Origin: an uncultured SAR86 cluster bacterium
GTDB taxonomy: Bacteria > Pseudomonadota > Gammaproteobacteria > Magnimaribacterales > D2472
Assembly: GCA_902558095.1 (NCBI GenBank)
Contig: CACECP010000003.1
Location: 80,308 to 144,307 of the forward strand
DNA: 64,000 nt
Direction: 5' to 3'
Shown one piece after another: positions 11,550 through 24,521 of this stretch. A model generated the notes under the pieces. That model worked only from the letters and a program-made list of their open reading frames with translations, was not told the origin of the DNA and did no database searches. Position 1 is the first letter of the stretch. Every line of letters begins with the position of its first letter. The translations under genes were made by a program, and so were the position numbers.

Positions 11550-12269
11550 TTAATGAGAATTATCCGGATTAAATTTGCTTTTTATCCAGTTTAAAAAAGA
11601 ATTTTCCTTTAAAGTATATCTGTCTAGCATATCAAAGTCATGTGCAAGTTTTTTGGGATCGTTGAAAAAATCTTTTCTAGTATTAAATTCTTTTTCATCA
11701 AGGCTTCTTATAAACTTAGCTGGGTTTCCAGCATAAATACAATTTTCGGGAACATCTTTTGTTACAACAGAACCTGCTCCAATGATACTATTTTTACCAA
11801 TCGTTACTCCTTTGCAAATTATTGCACTATCACCAATCCAAACATTTTCTTTAATGTTTATTGGTTTTGTTTTTCCTACAGGCTCTGCTCTGTCATATAT
11901 ACCATGCCAATCTGCATCAGAAATATATGCACCGTGAGCAATCATACAGGCATCACCTATTTCAATTTTTTCAGCAGCCATAATACGTACTCCCGGAGTA
12001 ATTAAAGAATATTTACCAATAATTATTTCGCCCTGGTTATCACCTATATTCCAAGATGTAAATTGAATATTTGCATCACTTGCTCCTATCAATGTTGGAT
12101 AGTCATCTATATGAACGCTGTTACCAAAAACTTTGATATATCTGGGTTTAAAGTAAGCTCCACCTTTACCCAAATATTTAAATTGTGGTTTTAAAAAATG
12201 ATTAACGTATATTTTATTAACTTTTGTGCTAAATTTTTTTAGCCAATATGGTCTATTATCTTTTCTGAT
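11550..12269 (-). CDS. Hexapeptide-repeat (left-handed beta-helix) acyltransferase
   Basis: IEIGDACMIA..ISDADWH, IKENVWIG..AIICKGVTIGKNSIIGAGSVVTKDVP..GNPAK; frame stays open upstream of the track's TTG (12173) to an ATC at 12269 preceded by AGGAGA. Confidence 0.85.
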   Translation of the reverse strand: MRKDNRPYWLKKFSTKVNKIYVNHFLKPQFKYLGKGGAYFKPRYIKVFGNSVHIDDYPTLIGASDANIQFTSWNIGDNQGEIIIGKYSLITPGVRIMAAEKIEIGDACMIAHGAYISDADWHGIYDRAEPVGKTKPINIKENVWIGDSAIICKGVTIGKNSIIGAGSVVTKDVPENCIYAGNPAKFIRSLDEKEFNTRKDFFNDPKKLAHDFDMLDRYTLKENSFLNWIKSKFNPDNSH

Positions 12270-12330
12270 ATAAATCTCCTAATAAATATTTTTCTTATGC
12301 TAAAGTAGCAAAAAATATTTCCAATTTAAA

Positions 12331-13704
12331 TTGAATAACAAGTACATTATAGAGTTTAAAAGCATAGTCAAGATAGGCATTCCTATCTTTGGCTCCCAAA
12401 TGTCATATATGCTAATGGGTGCAACGGATACTATCATTGCTGGTAGAGCTAGTGCAACAGACTTAGCCGGCCTTGCTGTTGGTACCGCATTTGCAAATAC
12501 CTTATGGTTTTTTGTAACTGGAGTAATTTTCTCTGTAACTCCAATAGTTGCTCAATTATTTGGTGCTAAAAAATTCAAAGAAATTGGTAGAAAACTCAGA
12601 GAGATCCTTTGGATAGCTGGATTTTTAGGTTTTTTATTAGCATGCATTATTTTTAACTTAGATCTCTTACTGGCCTTTTTACCAATAGAAGACTCTATAA
12701 CAAATGTAACAACGGGCTATCTTAAAGCTGTAGCCCCTGGTATTGCTTTTATAACTATATTTACCTGTATGAGATGTTATAGCGAGGGAATGACCTTAAC
12801 AAAACCTATATTTATTATCGCCTTCAGTGGAATGCTATTAAACATACCGCTAGATTTAATTTTTGTATATGGTTGGTTTGGATTCCCTAAACTTGGTGGT
12901 ATGGGATGCGGCGTAGCTACTTCAATAGTTTCATTAATAATGATGGTTGTTCTTTTTATGTATATAGCTTTATCAAAGAATTACAAAAAAACAGCTCCAT
13001 TTATAGCTTTTACCCTGCCCTCAATTAAGACAACTAAAGAAGTTTTTAAATTAGGGTTGCCAATTGGTATTGGAATATTTATTGAATTAAGTATGTTTTC
13101 GGGAGCAGCAATAATATTAAGTGTTCTGGGTGAAGTTGTTGTTGCCAGTCATACTGTCGCAATAAATATTGCTAGTTTGTTTTTTATGGTTCCTCTAGCA
13201 ATTGGTTTAGCTGCTGCAACTAGAGTTGGTAACCTGATTGGAGAGAAGAATCCTTATCAGGCAAAAATAGCCTCTCATTCAACCATATTTTTATGCATAG
13301 TTGGTGCTCTTATGAATGTACTTATTATTCTTATTTTTGGTTCAAATATTGTAAGTTTATATACAACTGAGCTACCAGTTTTTGAATTGGCCCTAAGTTT
13401 AATTATTTTTGCTGCAATATTTCAAATACCTGATGGTATACAAATGGGTGCTTTAGGAAGTTTAAGGGGTTATAAAGATACATTTATACCAATGATTCTC
13501 CTTTTAATATCTTATTGGGTTTTTGCTATGCCTATTGGTTTTTATTTGACGAACTATGGTTTTGTAAGTCCTTTAGGTGCCAAGGGTATGTGGTACGGCA
13601 TGATTATTGGATTAAGTATTTTTTCAATATTATCAATATTTAGATTAAGGTGGATTATTAAAAAAACTTTACAGTTTAAGAGTTTAGAACCTCAGAAACT
13701 TTAG
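12331..13704 (+). CDS. MATE-family efflux transporter (NorM/MdtK-like)
   Basis: About 12 TM segments; [39 protein letters not shown]...LRGYKDT. Confidence 0.92.
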   Translation: MNNKYIIEFKSIVKIGIPIFGSQMSYMLMGATDTIIAGRASATDLAGLAVGTAFANTLWFFVTGVIFSVTPIVAQLFGAKKFKEIGRKLREILWIAGFLGFLLACIIFNLDLLLAFLPIEDSITNVTTGYLKAVAPGIAFITIFTCMRCYSEGMTLTKPIFIIAFSGMLLNIPLDLIFVYGWFGFPKLGGMGCGVATSIVSLIMMVVLFMYIALSKNYKKTAPFIAFTLPSIKTTKEVFKLGLPIGIGIFIELSMFSGAAIILSVLGEVVVASHTVAINIASLFFMVPLAIGLAAATRVGNLIGEKNPYQAKIASHSTIFLCIVGALMNVLIILIFGSNIVSLYTTELPVFELALSLIIFAAIFQIPDGIQMGALGSLRGYKDTFIPMILLLISYWVFAMPIGFYLTNYGFVSPLGAKGMWYGMIIGLSIFSILSIFRLRWIIKKTLQFKSLEPQKL

Positions 13705-14548
13705 ATCCAATAGAAACCAAATTATCTGCAATATGCACCCCACATTCTCTTAGTTTTTTTATTTTTTCTTTGGCGGTACCTTTGCCACCGGCTATAATAG
13801 CTCCAGCATGACCCATTCTCTTCCCAGCTGGTGCTGTTTGTCCTGCTATGTATGATATTACCGGTTTTGAAATGTTATTTTGAATATATTCTGCAGCAGA
13901 TTCCTCGGCATTTCCTCCAATTTCTCCAACCATTACAATAGCTTCTGTTTGGTCATCATTTTCAAAGAGTTTTAATATATCAATAAAAGAGGATCCTGGA
14001 ATCGGATCACCTCCAATACCAACACAGCTACTTTGACCAAAGCCTAAATCAGTTGTTTGTTTTACTGCTTCATATGTAAGCGTTCCAGATCTAGATATTA
14101 TTCCAATAGATCCAGGTTTGTGAATATTACCAGGCATTATTCCCAATTTAGCTTCTCCAGGCGTAATAACGCCGGGACAATTTGGCCCAATAAGTCTAAC
14201 TCCTAGTGCGTCAACTCTTTTTTTAACATGCAGCATATCTAAGGTTGGAACGCCCTCTGTAATACAGATTATTAACTTTATACCTGCTTCAGCAGATTCT
14301 AAGATAGAGTCTTTGCAAAATTTAGCAGGCACAAAGATTATTGATGCGTTTGGCTCAAGCTGCTTAACAGCATCTTGTACTGAGTCAAATACAGGTTTAT
14401 TAAGATGAATTTGGCCACCTTTACCTGGAGTAACTCCACCAACTATATTTGTTCCATATTCAATAGATTGTTCAGAGTGAAGAGTTCCTTGAGAGCCTGT
14501 AAAACCTTGTACTAGTAACCTAGTATCTTTGTTAACTAAAATGCTCAT
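13676..14548 (-). CDS. sucD: Succinyl-CoA synthetase alpha subunit
   Basis: [31 protein letters not shown]. Confidence 0.98.
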   Translation of the reverse strand: MSILVNKDTRLLVQGFTGSQGTLHSEQSIEYGTNIVGGVTPGKGGQIHLNKPVFDSVQDAVKQLEPNASIIFVPAKFCKDSILESAEAGIKLIICITEGVPTLDMLHVKKRVDALGVRLIGPNCPGVITPGEAKLGIMPGNIHKPGSIGIISRSGTLTYEAVKQTTDLGFGQSSCVGIGGDPIPGSSFIDILKLFENDDQTEAIVMVGEIGGNAEESAAEYIQNNISKPVISYIAGQTAPAGKRMGHAGAIIAGGKGTAKEKIKKLRECGVHIADNLVSIGSKVSEVLNS

Positions 14549-15705
14549 TTTGCTAGCTCTACTGCTTTGTTTGCAGCATCGGATAAATTATTTATGCTAT
14601 GTATTGCTATATTTGCCTCAGATAGAATTTGTGCACCTAAATCAGCATTATTACCTTCAAGCCTTACAACAACTGGAATATTAATATTGACTTCTTTCAT
14701 TGCCGCTACAACACCTTCAGCAATTAAATCGCATCTAACAATTCCACCAAATATATTAACTAAAACAACCTTAACTTCTTTATCTTTAAGTATTATTTTA
14801 AATGCTTTTGCTACTCTTTGTTGAGTAGCAGTACCACCAACATCTAAGAAATTAGCTGGATTACCCCCAAAAAATTTAATAGTATCCATGGTTCCCATAG
14901 CCAATCCTGCTCCATTGACCATACAGCCAATATTCCCATCTAAAGAAACATAACTTAAGTCACTTTTTGCTGCTTCTGCCTCTTGGGGATCCTCTTGAGT
15001 CTCATCATACATTTCTTGAAGCTCAGGCTGTCTGAATAAAGCATTAGAGTCAATATTTATTTTTGCATCTAAACAATGTAAATCACCATTGTCATTAATA
15101 ACTAAAGGATTTATCTCAAGAAGGCTAAGATCTTTTTCAATGAATAACCTTAAAAGGTTTTCAATCATAGGAATGAATTGCTTTGTTTGAATATCATTAA
15201 GCCCAAGAACTCTAGAAATACTTAAAGCTTCTTCTTTTGCATTTGAATTTTCAATATCTATGCCTTGATAAATTATTTTTTCTGGTGAATTTTTTGCAAC
15301 ATCTTCAATATTTACTCCTCCTTCACTTGATCCAATGAAGACAATTTTTTGAGAATCTCTATCAACCACAGCACTTAAGTAGAGCTCTTTTGAAATACTT
15401 GTGCACTCCTCTATTAATATTGAGTTAACAAGTTGGCCTTTTTTATCAGTTTGATATGTAACTAATCTCTTACCTAACCACCTTTCAGCAAATCTAGTAG
15501 CTGATTTAACTGAATCAATTAATTCAACTCCTCCAGACTTACCTCGTCCTCCTGCATGTACTTGAGCTTTTACAACCCACTTAGATCCGCCAATTTCATT
15601 ACATGCATCTTCAGCATCGCTGGCATCAAATATAACTTTTCCTTTTGAGACAGGAAGATTATATTGGGCAAATAATAATTTGCCTTGATACTCATGAAGA
15701 TTCAT
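14545..15705 (-). CDS. sucC: Succinyl-CoA synthetase beta subunit
   Basis: [37 protein letters not shown]. Confidence 0.98.
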   Translation of the reverse strand: MNLHEYQGKLLFAQYNLPVSKGKVIFDASDAEDACNEIGGSKWVVKAQVHAGGRGKSGGVELIDSVKSATRFAERWLGKRLVTYQTDKKGQLVNSILIEECTSISKELYLSAVVDRDSQKIVFIGSSEGGVNIEDVAKNSPEKIIYQGIDIENSNAKEEALSISRVLGLNDIQTKQFIPMIENLLRLFIEKDLSLLEINPLVINDNGDLHCLDAKINIDSNALFRQPELQEMYDETQEDPQEAEAAKSDLSYVSLDGNIGCMVNGAGLAMGTMDTIKFFGGNPANFLDVGGTATQQRVAKAFKIILKDKEVKVVLVNIFGGIVRCDLIAEGVVAAMKEVNINIPVVVRLEGNNADLGAQILSEANIAIHSINNLSDAANKAVELAK

Positions 15706-17120
15706 TTAACCTTATTTCCTATATGGATGGCTTGATTGTTAGAAGCCAATGCAGCTTCATGAAAGGCTTCTGAAACTGTGGGATGACTAAACATTGTTAA
15801 TGCTATATCTTCAGAACTTGCACCAAACTCCATTGAAATTAATGCTTGTTGAACAATTTCAGCAGCAGCAGGTCCAAATACATGAACACCAAGAATAGTA
15901 TCAGTTTTCTTATCAGATAGTACTTTTACAAAACCAACAGATTGATCTACAGCAAGAGCTCTTCCGGAAGCTGAAAAAGGAAATTTTCCAACTTTATAAT
16001 TAATATTCTTAGATTTTAATTCACCTTCATTACTTCCAACCCAAGCAATTTCAGGATGAGAATATATAACAGAAGGCACAAGATCATAGTTCACCTGAGC
16101 ATGTTTTTCAGCAATTCTTTCTGCTACCATTATTCCCTCTTCACTGCCTTTGTGGGCAAGCATAGGCCCTCTAACAACATCTCCAACAGCCCATATGTTA
16201 GAGACAGCTGTTTGACAAAATTCATTAACTTCAATAAATCCTTTATTTATGGAAATATTAAGTCCTTCATCAATTACTCCTTCAGAGTTTGGAGACCTTC
16301 CTACAGCAACAATCAATTTATCAAACTTTTTTTCAATCTCTTTACCTTGATTCTCATAAGTAACAGTAACGCAATCTTTTTCTTGAGAAGACTTTGTTAC
16401 TTTTGAGCCTAATTGAATATCTAAACCTTGTTTCTTAAATTCTTTAAGTGATTCTTTTGAAATATCTTTATCAGCTATTGGAAGAAAATCATCAAGAGCC
16501 TCAATCACAGTAACCTCTGAACCAAGTCTTGACCATACACTTCCAAGTTCTAGACCAATAATACCAGCCCCAACAACCCCCAGAGTTTTTGGCACCTTGT
16601 CAAAAGAAAGTGCTCCGGTGCTATCAACAATATTTTTACTAAATTTAGCTGAAGGAATTTCAATTGGTTTTGAGCCGGTTGCTATGATTATATTTTTTGC
16701 TTCAATATTTTCTATCGAGCCATCAGCTTTTGTTACCTCTATCGTATTAGGAGAAATAACTTTACCTCTTCCTGATAAAGATTTAACTTTATTGGCTGAA
16801 AAAAGTCCGCTAATCCCACCAGTTAGTTTATTTACAATATCATCCTTTCTTTTCATCATCGAACTAAGATCTAAACCCAATTTTTCAATTTTGATGCCAT
16901 GTTCACTAAGATTTTTATGTGCTTCATAATATCTATGAGATGAATCTAAAAGAGCCTTAGATGGAATGCATCCTACGTTTAAACATGTGCCTCCAAGATT
17001 AGCCTTACCTTTTTTATCAATCGATTCTTCAATGCAAAGAGTTTTTAGGCCTAATTGAGAAGCTTTTATGGCAGCAACATATCCTGCTGGTCCACTTCCT
17101 ATAACTACCACATCAAACAT
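15702..17120 (-). CDS. lpdA: Dihydrolipoamide dehydrogenase (E3)
   Basis: [26 protein letters not shown]. Confidence 0.97.
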   Translation of the reverse strand: MFDVVVIGSGPAGYVAAIKASQLGLKTLCIEESIDKKGKANLGGTCLNVGCIPSKALLDSSHRYYEAHKNLSEHGIKIEKLGLDLSSMMKRKDDIVNKLTGGISGLFSANKVKSLSGRGKVISPNTIEVTKADGSIENIEAKNIIIATGSKPIEIPSAKFSKNIVDSTGALSFDKVPKTLGVVGAGIIGLELGSVWSRLGSEVTVIEALDDFLPIADKDISKESLKEFKKQGLDIQLGSKVTKSSQEKDCVTVTYENQGKEIEKKFDKLIVAVGRSPNSEGVIDEGLNISINKGFIEVNEFCQTAVSNIWAVGDVVRGPMLAHKGSEEGIMVAERIAEKHAQVNYDLVPSVIYSHPEIAWVGSNEGELKSKNINYKVGKFPFSASGRALAVDQSVGFVKVLSDKKTDTILGVHVFGPAAAEIVQQALISMEFGASSEDIALTMFSHPTVSEAFHEAALASNNQAIHIGNKVK

Positions 17121-17132
17121 ATTTTTTCCTTA

Positions 17133-18323
17133 TTATAAATTTAATAAAAGTCTTTCTGGTGATTCAAGCTGCTCCTTAATGGATACTAAAAAGGTGACTG
17201 CCTCTTTACCATCTAACAATCTATGGTCATAACTCATTGCAAGATACATCATTGGTCTAATAACAACCTCACCATTAATCGCAACAGGCCTATCTTGAAT
17301 AGCATGCATTCCTAAAATCGCCGTTTGAGGTGCATTCAAGATCGGCGTCGATAACAAGGACCCAAAAATACCTCCATTAGAAATTGTAAAAGTTCCACCT
17401 TGCATTTCTTCGATTGATAATTTTCCATTTCTGGCTTTCTCAGAGTAACTTAATATAGATTTTTCTATTTCAGGTAATGATTTTGTATCAGCATCCTTGA
17501 TTATTGGGACAACTAGCCCCCTATCAGTTGATACAGCGACACCAATATCTTGGAAGCCATGATAAACAATGTCATCACCATCGATAGAAGCATTAACAAC
17601 TGGAAATTTTTTTAAAGCCTGTACGGCTGCGATTACAAAGAACCCCATAAAGCCTAATTTAACTTCATGTTCTTTTTCAAATTCAGCGCCATATTTTGAT
17701 CTAAGATCTTTAATAGGCAACATATCAACCTCATTAAAAGTTGTAAGCATTGCCGTATTTTGTTTTACAGAAACAAGTCTTTTTGCAATAGTTGACCTCA
17801 AACGAGACATTGGAACCCTTTTTTCAAGCCTATCAGAAGCTGACGAAACTTGCTCCAAAGGGATGTTTTTAGATTCTTTCTGATCAGATTCTAAATGATT
17901 GATAACATCAGCTTTTGTTATACGATCATCCTTACCCGATGCCATGATATCTTTTGGGTTTATGTTTTCTTCAGAAATTATTTTCTTAGCCGCAGGACCT
18001 ATTTTCTTAACAGCAGGTTTGCTAATTTTCTTTTCAGTTTTTATCTGTTTTTCTTTAATATCTGAAGAAGTTTTAGATGAATTATCAGATTCTGAGAATT
18101 CTCCAATTACTTCAGCACTTGAAACAGTGTCACCTTCAGATTTAATAATCTTTGTTATTACTCCATCAGCTTGAGCTAGAACTTCCAGAACCACTTTATC
18201 TGTTTCAATTTCTGCAATGACTTCATCTTGGTTTACATTCTCTCCCTCCTTTTTTAACCAATTTGCAACTGTTCCGTCTGCAACAGACTCAGGAAAAGTG
18301 GGTGATTTGATTTTTATGCTCAT
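17133..18323 (-). CDS. sucB: 2-oxoglutarate dehydrogenase E2
   Basis: Lipoyl motif [25 protein letters not shown]. Confidence 0.97.
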   Translation of the reverse strand: MSIKIKSPTFPESVADGTVANWLKKEGENVNQDEVIAEIETDKVVLEVLAQADGVITKIIKSEGDTVSSAEVIGEFSESDNSSKTSSDIKEKQIKTEKKISKPAVKKIGPAAKKIISEENINPKDIMASGKDDRITKADVINHLESDQKESKNIPLEQVSSASDRLEKRVPMSRLRSTIAKRLVSVKQNTAMLTTFNEVDMLPIKDLRSKYGAEFEKEHEVKLGFMGFFVIAAVQALKKFPVVNASIDGDDIVYHGFQDIGVAVSTDRGLVVPIIKDADTKSLPEIEKSILSYSEKARNGKLSIEEMQGGTFTISNGGIFGSLLSTPILNAPQTAILGMHAIQDRPVAINGEVVIRPMMYLAMSYDHRLLDGKEAVTFLVSIKEQLESPERLLLNL

Positions 18324-21127
18324 TCAAATATTGCCTTATTAATTAAGTCTTGTTGTTGCTGAAGATGAAGCTTCATTAAACCAACTGCTGGAGCTGCTGC
18401 TGCTGGTCGACTTATTAAACTTACTTCATATCCTTTACTAAATCTGTCTAATACTCTTTGAATTCTGTGTCTGTGGCTAAACCAAGCTCCTTGGTTTAAG
18501 GGTTCTTCCTGACACCATATATATTCCTTTACATTTTCGTACTTTGTTAGTATTTCTTCAAGGTCATCATATGGAAAAGGATATAATTGTTCTATCCTTA
18601 TTATTGCAGTATTTCTTATCTTTTTATTATTTCTTTTTTTCATAAGATCATAAAAAACTTTTCCAGAACACATAATAAGTCTTTTGACATTCTTTTTATT
18701 TTTTAAATTATCATCTATAACACATGAAAAATTTCCATCAACTAATTCATTTAAGTTTGAAATTGCATCTGGGTTTCTAAGCAAGCTTTTAGGAGAGATT
18801 ACTACCAACGGCGTTCTCATTTTTCTAATTGCCTGTCTTCTAAGTAAATGAAAAATTTGTTTTGGTGTACTTGGAACACAGACTTGAATATTTTCTGATG
18901 CGCATAATTGTAAAAATCTTTCAATTCTTGCACTACTATGCTCTGGTCCTTGTCCTTCGTAACCATGAGGAAGTAGCATAACAAGACCAGATAATCTTTC
19001 CCACTTATGTTGAGCAGACACTATAAATTGATCTATAACAACCTGTGCTCCATTTGCAAAATCACCAAATTGAGCTTCCCAAATAGCTAAACCAGATGGC
19101 CAGGTAGCAGAATAGCCATACTCAAAGCCCAGAACTGCTTCTTCAGATAATAAAGAATCATATATATCAAATCTGGTATCACTTTGTTCTGCGATCTCAG
19201 AGAGAGGAATAAATCCCATACCAGATCTGGAATCAAATACACACGCATGTCGATGAGAAAATGTTCCTCTTCTAACATCCTGACCAGAAATTCTTATTGG
19301 GTAGCCCTCCTTTAATAGTGTTGCATAAGCCATGCTTTCAGCATAGCCCCAGTTAATAGGAGTTTTTTCATCTGTCATGCTTAATCTATCTTCAAAAATC
19401 TTTCTTGCTTGATTTCCTAAATTAAAAGATTTTGGGACTTTACAAATATCTTTACCAAGTTTAATAAATTCTTTTTTATCAAAAGTCGTATCTACTTTTG
19501 GCCACCATTTAATATCCATAAATGGCTGCCAATCAAACCATAAGCTATCATTTGGTTTTTTTGCCAAATTCTTAGCTACTGATTTTCCACCCTCTAAAGA
19601 CTTTCTATATGAGACCTTGATATCTTTTGCTTTCTCTTTTGATAAAATTCCTTTGGAAATCAAATTTTCTTCATATTGTTTAAGTACGCTTGGATGTTCA
19701 GATATTTTTTTATACATCAAAGGTTGAGTTGCAGATGGATCATCTGCTTCATTATGCCCTCTTCTTCTGTAACAAAATAAGTCAATTACAATATCTTTTT
19801 TAAATTTGTTTCTATATTTGCATGCAATTTTTGTAGCATTAACTACCATTTCTGGATCATCTCCATTTACATGAATGACAGGAGCTTGAATCATCTTGGC
19901 CACGTCTGATGAATAATCAGTTGATCTTGAGTCATTAACATTGCTAGTTGTAAAACCAATTTGATTATTAACAATGACATGAATAGTTCCGCCCACATAG
20001 AAACCTCTCGTTTGTGACATTTGAAGAGATTCCATTACGACACCTTGACCAGAAAACGAAGCATCGCCATGAAGCAGCACTGGTATAACTTTTGATCTAT
20101 CCTTGTCTTTTATTCTGTCCTGTCTAGCTCGAACTGAACCTATAACAACAGGATCTACAATTTCTAAGTGAGATGGATTATTAAATAATGAAACATGAAC
20201 TTCTCCTCCTTTAGTATCAAAGTTAGAAGAAAAACCTAAGTGATATTTAACATCTCCTGTGCTGGCACCTTCAAGCGTGGAATCTTCATCAAAAGCAGCA
20301 AATAAATCTGATGGCAACTTACCAAGAACATTTACAAGAAGATTTAATCTACCTCTATGCGCCATACCAAAACAAATTTGATTTGCGCCCATAGATCCAC
20401 AATTTTGTATTATGCTTTCAACTAGTGGGACCAACGATTCAGCGCCATCAATGCCAAAACGTTTCATTCCAGGATATTTTGCAGATAAGTATTTTGCTAG
20501 TCCTTCAGCAGAATTTAACCTCTCAAAAATATTTAGTTTTTCTTCATCGTCAAATGAATATTCTTGGAGTTTTGATTCAAATTTTCTTTGAAACCATCTT
20601 CTTTCTTCTGATTCCATGATGTGATTGCATTCAATGCCAATATTTCCACAATAAATTTCTTCTAATCGATTTATTATTTCCCTAAGAGTTGATTTATCTG
20701 AACCGGTATCTAAAGTATCGGTATAAAATACTTGATCGAGATCTTCATTAGACAAACCATGAAATTCAATATCTAAATCTTCTACAAAACGACGTTCCAT
20801 CATTCCTAAAGGGTCGAGCTTTGCTTTAAGATGACCTCGATTTCTGTATGATTGTATAAGCCTTATTACCTTTCCTTGTCTTTCATCAACAGACACTTCG
20901 GAAGTAATATTATTTCTAGATATATTTTTAAAATCTTTAATTATTTCTAAATGAGAAATTTCTCCATTAGATTTTGGATGGCTTGGAAGATTAGTAAAAA
21001 AATCAAACCATTCTTTTGATAAATCTTCTGGATTATTAATGAATATTTCGTATAGGCTTTCTAAGTAGGCAGCATGTCCCGCAGAGATGTGTGAGCTCCC
21101 CCAAAGCTCTTTCATTCTTAAACTCAT
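18320..21127 (-). CDS. sucA: 2-oxoglutarate dehydrogenase E1
   Basis: [48 protein letters not shown]. Confidence 0.98.
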   Translation of the reverse strand: MSLRMKELWGSSHISAGHAAYLESLYEIFINNPEDLSKEWFDFFTNLPSHPKSNGEISHLEIIKDFKNISRNNITSEVSVDERQGKVIRLIQSYRNRGHLKAKLDPLGMMERRFVEDLDIEFHGLSNEDLDQVFYTDTLDTGSDKSTLREIINRLEEIYCGNIGIECNHIMESEERRWFQRKFESKLQEYSFDDEEKLNIFERLNSAEGLAKYLSAKYPGMKRFGIDGAESLVPLVESIIQNCGSMGANQICFGMAHRGRLNLLVNVLGKLPSDLFAAFDEDSTLEGASTGDVKYHLGFSSNFDTKGGEVHVSLFNNPSHLEIVDPVVIGSVRARQDRIKDKDRSKVIPVLLHGDASFSGQGVVMESLQMSQTRGFYVGGTIHVIVNNQIGFTTSNVNDSRSTDYSSDVAKMIQAPVIHVNGDDPEMVVNATKIACKYRNKFKKDIVIDLFCYRRRGHNEADDPSATQPLMYKKISEHPSVLKQYEENLISKGILSKEKAKDIKVSYRKSLEGGKSVAKNLAKKPNDSLWFDWQPFMDIKWWPKVDTTFDKKEFIKLGKDICKVPKSFNLGNQARKIFEDRLSMTDEKTPINWGYAESMAYATLLKEGYPIRISGQDVRRGTFSHRHACVFDSRSGMGFIPLSEIAEQSDTRFDIYDSLLSEEAVLGFEYGYSATWPSGLAIWEAQFGDFANGAQVVIDQFIVSAQHKWERLSGLVMLLPHGYEGQGPEHSSARIERFLQLCASENIQVCVPSTPKQIFHLLRRQAIRKMRTPLVVISPKSLLRNPDAISNLNELVDGNFSCVIDDNLKNKKNVKRLIMCSGKVFYDLMKKRNNKKIRNTAIIRIEQLYPFPYDDLEEILTKYENVKEYIWCQEEPLNQGAWFSHRHRIQRVLDRFSKGYEVSLISRPAAAAPAVGLMKLHLQQQQDLINKAIFE

Positions 21128-21140
21128 TAGTGCCTTCTAT

Positions 21141-21881
21141 TTATACTCCATCAGAGACAATTATATCCTTTTTATTTTTATGTAACATTGATTTTATTTC
21201 ACCAATTGCCTTATTTGGATTGAGTCCTTTAGGGCAAACATTTACACAATTCATAATTCCATGACATCTGTATACACTAAATGGATCTGATAAAGACTCT
21301 AGCCTTTCTTGTGTTTTTAAATCTCGAGAATCTGCTAAAAATCTATATGCTTGAAGTAATGCTGCTGGCCCAACAAATTTATCAGGATTCCACCAAAAAG
21401 AAGGGCAGCTTGTAGAACAGCAAGCACATAAAATGCATTCATATAATCCATCTAGTTTATCTCTTTCTTCGGGTGATTGAAGTCTTTCTTGTTCTGGAGC
21501 AGTTGTTTCATTTTGTAAAAAAGGTTTGATTTTTTCGTATTGAGCATAAAACTCTGTCATATCTACAACTAAATCTCTAATAACAGGCAATCCAGGCAAG
21601 GGTCGAAGTTCAATTTTATTTCTTTTAATTACAGAAGAGATCGGGGTGATGCATGCTAGTCCATTTTTCCCATTGATATTCATACCATCTGAACCACATA
21701 CACCCTCTCTACAGGATCTTCTAAAAGAAATAGATTGGTCATCCTCTTTTAATAAGTGTAATAAGTCTAAAACCATAATATCTCTATCAGGCTTTTCAAT
21801 AGAATATTCTTTCATGTAAGGAAATTTATCCTCCTCAGGATTGTAACGATATAGACTAACTTTTAATTTATTACTAATCAT
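21141..21881 (-). CDS. sdhB: Succinate dehydrogenase Fe-S subunit
   Basis: SCREGVCGSDG, CILCACCSTSCP, CHGIMNCVNVCPKGLNP. Confidence 0.98.
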   Translation of the reverse strand: MISNKLKVSLYRYNPEEDKFPYMKEYSIEKPDRDIMVLDLLHLLKEDDQSISFRRSCREGVCGSDGMNINGKNGLACITPISSVIKRNKIELRPLPGLPVIRDLVVDMTEFYAQYEKIKPFLQNETTAPEQERLQSPEERDKLDGLYECILCACCSTSCPSFWWNPDKFVGPAALLQAYRFLADSRDLKTQERLESLSDPFSVYRCHGIMNCVNVCPKGLNPNKAIGEIKSMLHKNKKDIIVSDGV

Positions 21882-23665
21882 TAATATGACCTAACCTTAG
21901 GCGGAAATGCATCAACCTTTGAGGGATTAAAATTAACCTCTCTTTTGCTTACAGATTTTGAAATTGGATCATATATGGTATGGCATAACCAATTTTTATC
22001 ATCTCTATCTGGATAATCATCTCTTGCATGAGCCCCTCTACTTTCTGTTCTTTGATATGCTGATATGGCTGTAGATTCTGCGACTTCAAAAAGATTTTGA
22101 AGCTCTATTGCCTCAACTCTGCTTGTATTAAAAGCATCGCTTTTATCCTTAAGATGAAGATTTTGTACCTTATGCTTTAATTCGTTTAATTGATCTAAGC
22201 CCTTCTTCATGAATTCACCACGTCTAAAAACCCCAAAATAGTTCTGCATGCACTCCTGAAGTTCTTTTTTAACATCAGCAGGATCAAAACCTTCTCTAGA
22301 CTCATTTAGCTTGTTAAGTCTTTGAAGTGAATTTTCAATATCATCTTTTGAAGCAGAGTCTACTCCACCGCCAGACTTGAGTTCACTTTGTATGTGCTTG
22401 CCTGTAGCTCTTCCAAAAACGACTAAATCAAGCAAAGAATTTCCACCTAGTCTATTTGCACCATGAACAGAAACACATGCCGCTTCTCCAGCAGAAAATA
22501 ATCCTGGTATTAATTTATCTTCATTGTCTTTTCTTGTAAAAGCCTGCCCAGAAACATTAGTGGGTGTTCCTCCCATCATGTAATGACAAGTTGGAACAAC
22601 TGGAATTGGCTCATATATTGGATCAACATGTGCAAACGTTCGAGATAGCTCACAAATTCCCGGAAGTTTTGAATTTAAAACGTCTGCTCCTAAATGATCA
22701 AGTTTTAAGAAAATATGATCATTTTTTTCACCGCAACCTCTTCCTTCAAGAATTTCAAGAACCATTGAACGAGCAACAACATCTCTACCAGCAAGGTCCT
22801 TTACATTTGGAGCATATCTTTCCATAAATCTTTCACCATCTTTATTTATAAGATAGCCGCCCTCACCTCTGCAACCCTCGGTGACTAAAGAGCCAGCTCC
22901 ATATATTCCTGTAGGATGAAATTGCCACATCTCCATATCCTGAGCTGGATAACCAGCTCTTAGTGCCATAGCCAAACCGTCACCGGTATTAATTAAAGCA
23001 TTTGTTGTAGAAGCATAAATTCTACCTGCACCGCCAGTTGCCAAAACAGTAGCCTGAGCTTTGAGATATGCAACCTCTCCGTTTTCAATAGAGAATGCTA
23101 TTACTCCAGTAACTTCATCTTTTGAGTTTTTAACCAAATCTACTGCGAACCATTCATTTAAAAAATTAGTGCCTTCTTTAACATTGTTTTGATAAAGGGT
23201 ATGAAGTAAAGCATGTCCTGTTCTATCTGCAGCTGCGCATGTTCTAGCTGCCTGTCCTCCTTTACCAAAATCTTTTGATTGCCCACCAAATGGACGTTGG
23301 TAAATCCTTCCATTCTCAAATCTTGAAAAAGGAAGTCCCATGTGCTCAAGCTCAAATACAGCTTTTGGTCCTTCAGAACATAAATATTCAATTGCATCTT
23401 GATCACCAATAAAATCAGCACCCTTTACTGTGTCATACATATGCCATCTCCAATCATCATTCGGATCAGCGCTTGCAATAGCACATGTAATCCCACCTTG
23501 AGCTGAAACAGTATGAGATCTTGTGGGAAAAACTTTTGAAACAACTGCAGTTTTTAAGCCTGATTTAGCTAATTCTAATGAAGCTCTCATACCGGATCCG
23601 CCACCTCCAATAATAAGGGCATCAAACTCAATTGTTTTAATATTATTTGTAAAGATATTAATCAT
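21881..23665 (-). CDS. sdhA: Succinate dehydrogenase flavoprotein
   Basis: [35 protein letters not shown]. Confidence 0.98.
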   Translation of the reverse strand: MINIFTNNIKTIEFDALIIGGGGSGMRASLELAKSGLKTAVVSKVFPTRSHTVSAQGGITCAIASADPNDDWRWHMYDTVKGADFIGDQDAIEYLCSEGPKAVFELEHMGLPFSRFENGRIYQRPFGGQSKDFGKGGQAARTCAAADRTGHALLHTLYQNNVKEGTNFLNEWFAVDLVKNSKDEVTGVIAFSIENGEVAYLKAQATVLATGGAGRIYASTTNALINTGDGLAMALRAGYPAQDMEMWQFHPTGIYGAGSLVTEGCRGEGGYLINKDGERFMERYAPNVKDLAGRDVVARSMVLEILEGRGCGEKNDHIFLKLDHLGADVLNSKLPGICELSRTFAHVDPIYEPIPVVPTCHYMMGGTPTNVSGQAFTRKDNEDKLIPGLFSAGEAACVSVHGANRLGGNSLLDLVVFGRATGKHIQSELKSGGGVDSASKDDIENSLQRLNKLNESREGFDPADVKKELQECMQNYFGVFRRGEFMKKGLDQLNELKHKVQNLHLKDKSDAFNTSRVEAIELQNLFEVAESTAISAYQRTESRGAHARDDYPDRDDKNWLCHTIYDPISKSVSKREVNFNPSKVDAFPPKVRSY

Positions 23666-23697
23666 TATTAATATTTATAATTATATATCATTATAAT

Positions 23698-24054
23698 TTA
23701 TAACCATATTATATATAAAACTAAAGCTAAATACATCGCTCCCAATAAAACAAACAGAAAATAATAAATTTTTCTATAAATATCTGCATATTTAGATAAA
23801 GATTTGTTCAAAAAGCCCAATGTACGATAAGTTAAATAATCGGTGCCAACAGTCCAAAGCCCTATAAAGGCATGAGTTATAACTAAGATAAATGCTATTG
23901 AGGACAAAATCCTGGTTTGAAATGATAGGAAAAATTCTGACCATGAAAAAAAATTTAAATTGCTAGAATAGACATTTATAAAAATGTAGATTAGATACCC
24001 TAATAAATATATCGAAGAATATCTCTGGAGATTCCATATTATCGAACCTTTCAT
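23698..24054 (-). CDS. sdhD: Succinate dehydrogenase membrane anchor
   Basis: WNLQRYSS, HAFIGLWTVGTDY; position in sdhCDAB. Confidence 0.9.
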   Translation of the reverse strand: MKGSIIWNLQRYSSIYLLGYLIYIFINVYSSNLNFFSWSEFFLSFQTRILSSIAFILVITHAFIGLWTVGTDYLTYRTLGFLNKSLSKYADIYRKIYYFLFVLLGAMYLALVLYIIWL

Positions 24055-24446
24055 AGCAAGCTATAACCTAAGAAAAATGAGTAGCTCAAAGCCCAAAAAA
24101 TAACAACAAATATTGCTGAATAATTTGCTCCTTTAAGTGACTCACCGATGTGAAAGAAGTCCATGATCAGATGTCTCAAACCTGTCAAGATGTGATACCA
24201 AAAAAATGAAAGGCTTACATAAAAAAATAATGAAAAAAAAGAAAAAGAATTTAAACTTGCTAGTAAATCTTCATAACTTGATTTAGATGATGTCGATTCG
24301 CTTATGACATAAAGCAATAATGGCAAAGTTATAAAAAATACATAAATGCCTGCTAATCTGTGAGTTATAGAGGAAAATGCAGACATTGGTAGTCTGATTT
24401 TTGTTAAATCAAGATATACTGGCCTTTCTTGCATTGTGTGCTTCAA
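24051..24446 (-). CDS. sdhC: Succinate dehydrogenase cytochrome b556 subunit (ATG at 24434 is an alternative start)
   Basis: RPVYLDL, SITHRLAG, YHILTGLRHLIMD. Confidence 0.92.
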   Translation of the reverse strand: MKHTMQERPVYLDLTKIRLPMSAFSSITHRLAGIYVFFITLPLLLYVISESTSSKSSYEDLLASLNSFSFFSLFFYVSLSFFWYHILTGLRHLIMDFFHIGESLKGANYSAIFVVIFWALSYSFFLGYSLL

Positions 24447-24521
24447 AAATAAATATAAAAAAATTTATTATAATTGGTTCAAATTATACAGCAGATTCTT
24501 TATATAACTATCTTTAGTAAA

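Noticed and set aside
23666-23700. AT-only quasi-palindromes between sdhD and sdhA
   Set aside because: Low-complexity AT sequence; such symmetry is expected by chance.
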